Shown here piece after piece: positions 45,656-51,115 of a DNA stretch of 51,115 bases. The position numbers and the translations under genes are program-made. The notes below the pieces were generated by a model. The model was not told where the DNA came from. It worked only from the letters and a program-made list of their open reading frames with translations, and ran no database searches. How positions within the stretch are numbered: the first letter of the stretch is position 1; each line of letters opens with the position of its first letter. This stretch comes from Bacillota bacterium (GTDB lineage Bacteria; Bacillota_I; Bacilli_A; RFN20; CAG-826): contig JAURLC010000061.1 in NCBI GenBank assembly GCA_030831415.1, forward strand, positions 1 to 51,115. The letters are read 5' to 3'.

Positions 45656-48600
45656 TCGTGTCTTCTTTTTTTCGTTGAATAAACCAAGCCGCTCCGTGAA
45701 TACCACCAAATAGAACAAAACCCGACAAAGATAAGAGTAACCCTTCTGTTAGAAAGGGTGTCCAGTATGAAACTTCATATCGCGAGAACCCTTCTCCAGA
45801 AACAAACCCAATAAACCCACCTTGTGCTTTGTAGACGTTAGGAGTGTACGATTCACCATTGCCATCCCAATACCTTACTCTCCATCCTGGATCAAAAGGT
45901 GTTTGAAGAACGATAAATCGAGATTGATCGAAATTTGTTTCAAAAAACATTTTATTTTTTGTGTGGTGAAATTGTTCCAAAGGATAATCCTTCAATGGAT
46001 CTAGTCGTTGTAAATAATTTGCATACGATTCACGGTAAAGAACAGGATAAAACATCGTTCCCGAAGAAAATTTAGGTACAATCACAATACGACTGACAGG
46101 GCGGGATGGATAATATCCACGCATAAATTTAAATGAAGTATTCACAAAACTATGCGCGTCACGGACAATAATTTCGTTGTTTTCATCGAAAAAATAGACG
46201 GTTGCAAAATGCGATAATCGTAATTGAAGAGCATAGAAATAAGGGGAATCAATCTCACCAAAATTATTTCCTGTTGTTGGTGTAAGATGAACCGTTTTAA
46301 ATTCCCCTTGGAAGTTGCTTAAGGTTGCATTCGGTGAAATAAGGGTCGTTTCACATGTGGTTAAATCAGAAAGCAAAGAAGGGTTAAAAATGGTTGGACA
46401 CGTGACGAAGTTGACGTTTGCAAAAACGCGGGAAATATTCCGTTGAGGGATATTCCCAACTGTTAGATGAGGGGCCTCAAGCATAACTTCTTCAATATCT
46501 TGATTATCCAGGATACCACCTGATAAATACGCTTCCTCGTTGGTTAAAACTTCTGTAGTCGTGTTTGCAAAAAAATCATACATGGATGCACCTTCAATTT
46601 TATTCGTCCGTATAAGATGATCAAAACTAAATCCGCCTTCAATAAAATTTTCATTTTCATAGACCGAATTAAGCTCTGTTGATAACTCATAATTTTTGAC
46701 AAAACCAAAAGGTACATTTTGATATAAATAATCGTAATATCCCGTCTCTGGATTCGGTAAAAATGAACGGGTGTAAGAATCGAAAGCATTTTGCATCATA
46801 TAATATTTAATGCCTAAAAAGGTATCTAAGTTATATCGTTTTTCATGATAGCCCATTGACCAACCTCGATGGTTGTAATTCATGTGAGACCATGCATTAA
46901 AATCAGTGAGATGGAAATTATATAAAGAATGAAAAGCCGTGGCACCATTATATCCTAGTCGCATGCCAACATTTGTCGATTCACCACTATTCAAGTTATA
47001 TAAACGAAACAATTGATCATCGTCACGATTAATTTTGTTTATAATATCGCGCTGATCTCGGATAAGTGTTAGTCCATTATCAATGCGATTAGGATAACTG
47101 ACTAACCCATGAATATTCATGATGAGCGCTCCCATAATAATCGACTCAAAAAATATCGCATTTTTAATCGTCTCAGTTAATGTTGAGGACATGTATTGTT
47201 TTCGGAAATAGACATAAACCGCGATCATATAAACCATCGTGCCAATAGCAATCCACTCCCGTTCTTCCATCGCCGTAAAGAAAAACTGATTCTCGTTTGC
47301 TTTTGCCACTGAAAGCGCATAAAAAGCTAACCCAAACATCAATCCAAAGGAAAGATCAAAGTACCAAACTTTAAATTGTCTACGGTGCTCATATTGTGTT
47401 GCAACATACATAATGGCAATCGCAACAACAAATATTTGCCAGCGACCATAATCAATGGTAAAACCATGAACAAGTTGATAGGTAAATGGGGTAAAAAGCA
47501 TAAATAAAATTAACAACAATCCAATCCAATGCGACCATTTCTTTTGCTTAATACTGTGAATGAGCGAAGGAACAAGGAGCATTGTTAAGGGCGTATACAT
47601 AAATAAACTTGAAATCGTATTATCATAACTCGCTGTGCGAAAAAGCGTGGATGATCGATTGCTGACAGTCGGAAATAAAAACGAAATCAATGGATAAAAT
47701 TTATTATACGGCTCCTCCGTTAAACTCGAATTTTGCCAAACAGTAAGCATGCGCCAAACTTGTTCCCAATCTTCCGCAGTCATCGAAGAAATTAAACGAT
47801 CAAGATACCAAGCGTTATCCACACGATCGGATGTTACAGCAACCATAATCGAAGGAAGAAAAACAAATCCCGTCATTAAAATACCACTTAAAAATGCGAC
47901 AAAACCAAGACCAAGAATCGAAATAGAATCGATTGTTTTTCGTTTTGGAAACGTTTGAAAAAATCGAAATCCTGCATAAAATACAGCTGTAAAACTAGTA
48001 GAAACTAAGAAGAAATAATTGGTAATCCCCATAAGAAATAAGCTTCCCGCAAGCCAGGTGAATTGTTTCTCTTTGATAAGTTTTTCGATACCTAAAAGAA
48101 CCATCGGAAAGACAACGGCGACTTCCATGAAGTGATTAAACCAAAGATAATAAACCATCCAGCCTGAGAATCCATATGCCATCGAAAAAATTCTGCTATT
48201 GGATTCGGAAACACCTTGATATTTTAAGTACCACCGAAAAGTAAGTGCAGCCATCACCATTTTGGCAATCATCAATACAGCCATCCCTTGAGGGACTAGG
48301 GCACGAGGAAACAATAAGATTGGCAAAAAGAATGGATTTAAATAATAATAAAAAGAATTTGAACCAATATGATTAGAACCTAAGTAGGTAGACGAATCCC
48401 ATAAAACAAATTCCCCCGTTGAAAAAAAATGCCACCAATCATCATAGCCGTTTAAATAGAAAGGGATTTGTTGAAGAACATAATCGCCGCTTAGGGGAAT
48501 TGTAAATAAATTAGTGATAAGGGCATAAGCGAAAAACATGACGCCCATAAAAATTAAAAAGACAATATAGCGTAAATAAGAATCCGGTTGATTCCATGCG

Positions 48601-48668
48601 ACACGAACTGCCTTGGTTTTATTGACCCACCAACGATTAAATTTTGCGCTTAAATCGACGAGTTCCAT
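45639..48668 (-). CDS. YfhO-family polytopic membrane protein (putative extracytoplasmic glycosyltransferase)
   Basis: 1009 aa. The N-terminal two-thirds carries more than 12 TM segments, followed by a large extracytoplasmic C-terminal domain and a final TM. Size and topology are typical of YfhO. Confidence 0.7.
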   Translation of the reverse strand: MELVDLSAKFNRWWVNKTKAVRVAWNQPDSYLRYIVFLIFMGVMFFAYALITNLFTIPLSGDYVLQQIPFYLNGYDDWWHFFSTGEFVLWDSSTYLGSNHIGSNSFYYYLNPFFLPILLFPRALVPQGMAVLMIAKMVMAALTFRWYLKYQGVSESNSRIFSMAYGFSGWMVYYLWFNHFMEVAVVFPMVLLGIEKLIKEKQFTWLAGSLFLMGITNYFFLVSTSFTAVFYAGFRFFQTFPKRKTIDSISILGLGFVAFLSGILMTGFVFLPSIMVAVTSDRVDNAWYLDRLISSMTAEDWEQVWRMLTVWQNSSLTEEPYNKFYPLISFLFPTVSNRSSTLFRTASYDNTISSLFMYTPLTMLLVPSLIHSIKQKKWSHWIGLLLILFMLFTPFTYQLVHGFTIDYGRWQIFVVAIAIMYVATQYEHRRQFKVWYFDLSFGLMFGLAFYALSVAKANENQFFFTAMEEREWIAIGTMVYMIAVYVYFRKQYMSSTLTETIKNAIFFESIIMGALIMNIHGLVSYPNRIDNGLTLIRDQRDIINKINRDDDQLFRLYNLNSGESTNVGMRLGYNGATAFHSLYNFHLTDFNAWSHMNYNHRGWSMGYHEKRYNLDTFLGIKYYMMQNAFDSYTRSFLPNPETGYYDYLYQNVPFGFVKNYELSTELNSVYENENFIEGGFSFDHLIRTNKIEGASMYDFFANTTTEVLTNEEAYLSGGILDNQDIEEVMLEAPHLTVGNIPQRNISRVFANVNFVTCPTIFNPSLLSDLTTCETTLISPNATLSNFQGEFKTVHLTPTTGNNFGEIDSPYFYALQLRLSHFATVYFFDENNEIIVRDAHSFVNTSFKFMRGYYPSRPVSRIVIVPKFSSGTMFYPVLYRESYANYLQRLDPLKDYPLEQFHHTKNKMFFETNFDQSRFIVLQTPFDPGWRVRYWDGNGESYTPNVYKAQGGFIGFVSGEGFSRYEVSYWTPFLTEGLLLSLSGFVLFGGIHGAAWFIQRKKEDTINSDA

Positions 48669-49632
48669 GCTCTTTATTATAACGTTTTGTTTTGGGTTTG
48701 TCCTGTGTAGGTTCGGGATCTTTTTGTCCCATAAATTGATGAAATAATTTTGGAATTGGTGCGTAAAATTTAAGAATTTTTTTATGGATAGGATGATGAA
48801 ACTCTAAAGCATAAGCATGAAGTCCTAGCCGTTTGAGAGGGTCTGAATTACTATGATATTTTTTATCCCCAATTATTGGATGACCTAAATCATTTAAATG
48901 GACACGGATTTGATTTTTTCTTCCCGTATCGATGCGAACATCCAACATCGAATAGGTTCCCTTTGATTGGGTCATTTCATAATGTGTAATCGCTTCTTGG
49001 CCTTCTTCATCTTCTTCATAATGCGAATACATTAATTGTGTGGTAGTTTGCCGAAGCCATGATTTAATTGTCTTCTTTTTGTCTTTAGGTGTTCCTTCTA
49101 CTATGGCCACATATCCTCGCTTGGTGACCAGATCATTCCATTGATCTTGAAGTAAGTTTCGTAAATCCTCACGTTTAGTGAAAAGCAGAACACCGGATGT
49201 ATCTCGATCAATACGATGCGTCACAAATAAGCGGGCAGTAGGATTTTTATCCTGTATATATTCCATCATGATTTTGATAGCCGTTTTGGATTTTTCCTTG
49301 TCGGAAGCAATACTTAATAGACCAGAAGGTTTATCAATAACTAAAAATTCATCATCTTCAAATAATATTTTGGGTCGAGGAATTTTGCTTTCTACTTTAC
49401 GTTCGGAAAATACAATTACCATATCATTTGCAGCAAGAGGAAAATCAAAACGAGAGACACGAACCCCTTCGACGGCAACTTGTTTGTGACTTAAAAGCGA
49501 CTTCACATTATTTCGACTTAACTTTGGTAAGAATTCACGTAAAAATTCCATTAGCGTAGTGGATTTCTTCACGCGAAATTCTTTAAACTTAGGGTTATTT
49601 GGATTGATTCTTTTTTTGTGTGTATTTTGCAT
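48637..49632 (-). CDS. RluA-family pseudouridine synthase with S4 domain (RluD/YlyB-like) and basic terminal extensions
   Basis: Catalytic motif HRIDRDTSGVLLF, plus KKYHSNSD...LGLHAYAL. Lys/Arg-rich N-terminal and C-terminal tails. Confidence 0.85.
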   Translation of the reverse strand: MQNTHKKRINPNNPKFKEFRVKKSTTLMEFLREFLPKLSRNNVKSLLSHKQVAVEGVRVSRFDFPLAANDMVIVFSERKVESKIPRPKILFEDDEFLVIDKPSGLLSIASDKEKSKTAIKIMMEYIQDKNPTARLFVTHRIDRDTSGVLLFTKREDLRNLLQDQWNDLVTKRGYVAIVEGTPKDKKKTIKSWLRQTTTQLMYSHYEEDEEGQEAITHYEMTQSKGTYSMLDVRIDTGRKNQIRVHLNDLGHPIIGDKKYHSNSDPLKRLGLHAYALEFHHPIHKKILKFYAPIPKLFHQFMGQKDPEPTQDKPKTKRYNKEHGTRRFKRKI

Positions 49633-50485
49633 AAAGCCTCATTGATTTTAATGGCATTCGCATCCCTTTAAAAGGAATTTCGTATTGTGGATCCACATAC
49701 CACCCCGTAAATCGAAATCCTTTCTTTCTTGCTTTTGGTAATAAAGAAGTATCTTCTCCTACTCGAAATCTTGCTGGAGAAAGAGGCTGACCTCCAAATA
49801 CTTCAAAAAAGATGCGTCTCTTACGTTGAAAAAAATATACAAGACTAACAAGGGCAACAAACGTCAACATGAGGATGGGTAATAAAAATGTTTGTTGTCC
49901 GTAAATATCAATAATCACTGGAGAAGTGTAATACGGAATCGAGCCTATAACAAGATTGGCATCATTATACAAAGGCACTTTATATTCCAAACGATATTGA
50001 AATCGCCCATTACGGTAAGGAGAAAAATAGGATAATGTAGCTCCTCCAATATCCTCGAATTGTTGGTCTCCGACACGAGCGGATTGCCACTGATAGCGTA
50101 CTTGATATGCAAGTGGGTTATATAAATCAAAATATAACGTCATCGTCTCAGATTCAAATCGTTCACCAATTTCCGATGCCCGTAGTGTAGCTGGACTTAA
50201 GGAAGTACCTCGATATCGCCATTCAGAATATAACGTCATCGAACGTGTAATCGGGGTGTCAAAGTCGTGCCAAAGGGTTAAGTTTTCGTCTTGATACCAA
50301 GAGGTTAAAATGACATTATCCCGTTGGATAAAACTTGGCGGTGCAAAAAGGAATCCTTCGTCTTCAACTTCTACTGTTGCGGTTTGATCATCGTTCAGGA
50401 TGACAAACACTACCGTATGAACCACTTCCGTCGATGCAGGTGGTAACAAAGGGATAAGAAGTAAAAAGAGTGCTACTAGATTCAT
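49595..50485 (-). CDS. Bitopic membrane protein with two Listeria-Bacteroides (InlB B-type) repeats, one on each side of the TM segment
   Basis: Signal-like N-terminus. Repeat 1: ...NVILTSWYQDENLTLWHDFDTPITRSMTLYSEW. TM segment FLLPILMLTFVALVSLVYFF followed by QRKRR. Repeat 2: GFRFTGWYVDPQYEIPFKGMRMPLKSMRLYAKY. Confidence 0.55.
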   Translation of the reverse strand: MNLVALFLLLIPLLPPASTEVVHTVVFVILNDDQTATVEVEDEGFLFAPPSFIQRDNVILTSWYQDENLTLWHDFDTPITRSMTLYSEWRYRGTSLSPATLRASEIGERFESETMTLYFDLYNPLAYQVRYQWQSARVGDQQFEDIGGATLSYFSPYRNGRFQYRLEYKVPLYNDANLVIGSIPYYTSPVIIDIYGQQTFLLPILMLTFVALVSLVYFFQRKRRIFFEVFGGQPLSPARFRVGEDTSLLPKARKKGFRFTGWYVDPQYEIPFKGMRMPLKSMRLYAKYTQKKNQSK

Positions 50486-51102
50486 TAATCCACTTGATTA
50501 AATCGTTGAACAGTCATCGTGACCGTAAGGTTACCATTTCGTTCACGAATTTTATCGATAAATTGTTTCTGTTTGGTAGATTTTTTGATTACAACACTAT
50601 AGGAAATTTCAAACAATGTACCAAAATCAATGGTTCTAACGCGGTTAAGTTGGGCCGATAAACAATATTCTTGAAGTAAGTCATCAAACAAATTTTCATA
50701 GTTTAAACTCTCTGGAACAATGATACGCAAGGCGATGTTTCGATCGGATGTTTTTCCAAACTTAACACTAAAAAGTAAAAGAATGACGGCCATCATAAAC
50801 AACGTGAAGACTGCAGCAAACGCAACATACCCAGTCCCTGTGATAACCCCAATAACAACGGTTAGTAATACATAAGCGATATCTTCTGTATTCCGTTGAT
50901 TGGTGCGAAAGCGGGTTAAAGCGAATAAACCACCCACCGCAATACCGGCTGCAAGATTATTAGCCAACATAATCATTAACACGGCAACGACCGGGGGCAT
51001 GATGACCATTGTCCATGGAAAATCGGAAATAAACCCTTCATCCCGTTTGATAAACATATAAAAATAAGCAAGAAAGATTCCAAGTAAAACGGCAGACAGC
51101 AT
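50485..51102 (-). CDS. DUF4956-domain membrane protein
   Basis: 205 aa with 3-4 TM segments and the signature ...ALTRFRTNQRNTEDIAYVLLTVVIGVITGTGY. The soluble C-terminal pattern (IIVPESLNYENLFDDLL...FGTLFEISY...RNGNLTVT) matches my recollection of DUF4956 proteins. TAATG coupling to the downstream gene. Confidence 0.65.
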   Translation of the reverse strand: MLSAVLLGIFLAYFYMFIKRDEGFISDFPWTMVIMPPVVAVLMIMLANNLAAGIAVGGLFALTRFRTNQRNTEDIAYVLLTVVIGVITGTGYVAFAAVFTLFMMAVILLLFSVKFGKTSDRNIALRIIVPESLNYENLFDDLLQEYCLSAQLNRVRTIDFGTLFEISYSVVIKKSTKQKQFIDKIRERNGNLTVTMTVQRFNQVD

Positions 51103-51115
51103 AACAACTAAAGAT

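Noticed and set aside
1-51115. Possibility that the organism uses genetic code 4 (TGA = Trp), as in Mycoplasma and Spiroplasma
   Set aside because: Long conserved genes are uninterrupted under code 11. Several end precisely at TGA with sensible C-termini (secA, dnaX, holB, the Y-family polymerase). prfB (RF2) is present with its UGA-dependent frameshift site. Only one in-frame TGA (11170..11172) is anomalous.
1-51115. CRISPR arrays, IS elements or transposases, integrases, prophage or toxin-antitoxin/defence modules
   Set aside because: No spaced direct repeats, inverted terminal repeats, recombinase-like ORFs or known defence-gene signatures were seen on either strand. Intergenic space is minimal throughout.

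Overview
AT-rich, very tightly packed chromosomal segment from a low-GC monoderm or Mollicutes-related bacterium (Firmicutes/Tenericutes-like gene order). It uses standard code 11: TGA is a real stop and RF2 is present. I support about 45 protein genes, one tRNA, several terminators and a few promoters. Left ~15 kb (accessory-looking): one long minus-strand glycan capture/import operon. In transcription order it holds a cytoplasmic GH94-like enzyme gene split by one in-frame TGA, a multi-CBM surface lipoprotein, a sugar-binding lipoprotein, a 1010-aa membrane-anchored CBM-like/SBP fusion, two CUT1 permeases and a secreted NHL-propeller protein. A perfect cre box overlaps its putative promoter. 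Next come a lone tRNA-Ala(CGC) and an M6/InhA-like metalloprotease lipoprotein. The remainder is mostly core genome. Plus strand: gcvT-gcvH-gcvPA-gcvPB plus an APC permease, a Y-family polymerase with a YolD-like partner, an ECF sigma/anti-sigma pair, and glnA. Then an M29 aminopeptidase and a small membrane protein. A long minus-strand block follows: prfA-prmC-rpiB-comFA-comFC-secA-prfB(+1 frameshift)-yitT-uvrB, then secG and folD. Divergent from it is dnaX-recR-tmk-holB-ricT-rsmI. The window ends with a convergent DUF4956 / B-repeat membrane protein / RluA-type pseudouridine synthase / YfhO operon. I found no CRISPR array, IS element, prophage or recognisable defence system. Most notable observations: the single in-frame TGA in the large GH-like gene; the enzyme-poor, lipid/TM-anchored glycan-capture locus with a giant SBP fusion; extended -10 boxes placed 6-8 nt from start codons (likely leaderless mRNAs) plus many SD-less starts; and the odd overlapping envelope/RNA-modification operon at the right end. 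All family assignments come from motif recognition by eye and need HMM or BLAST confirmation.
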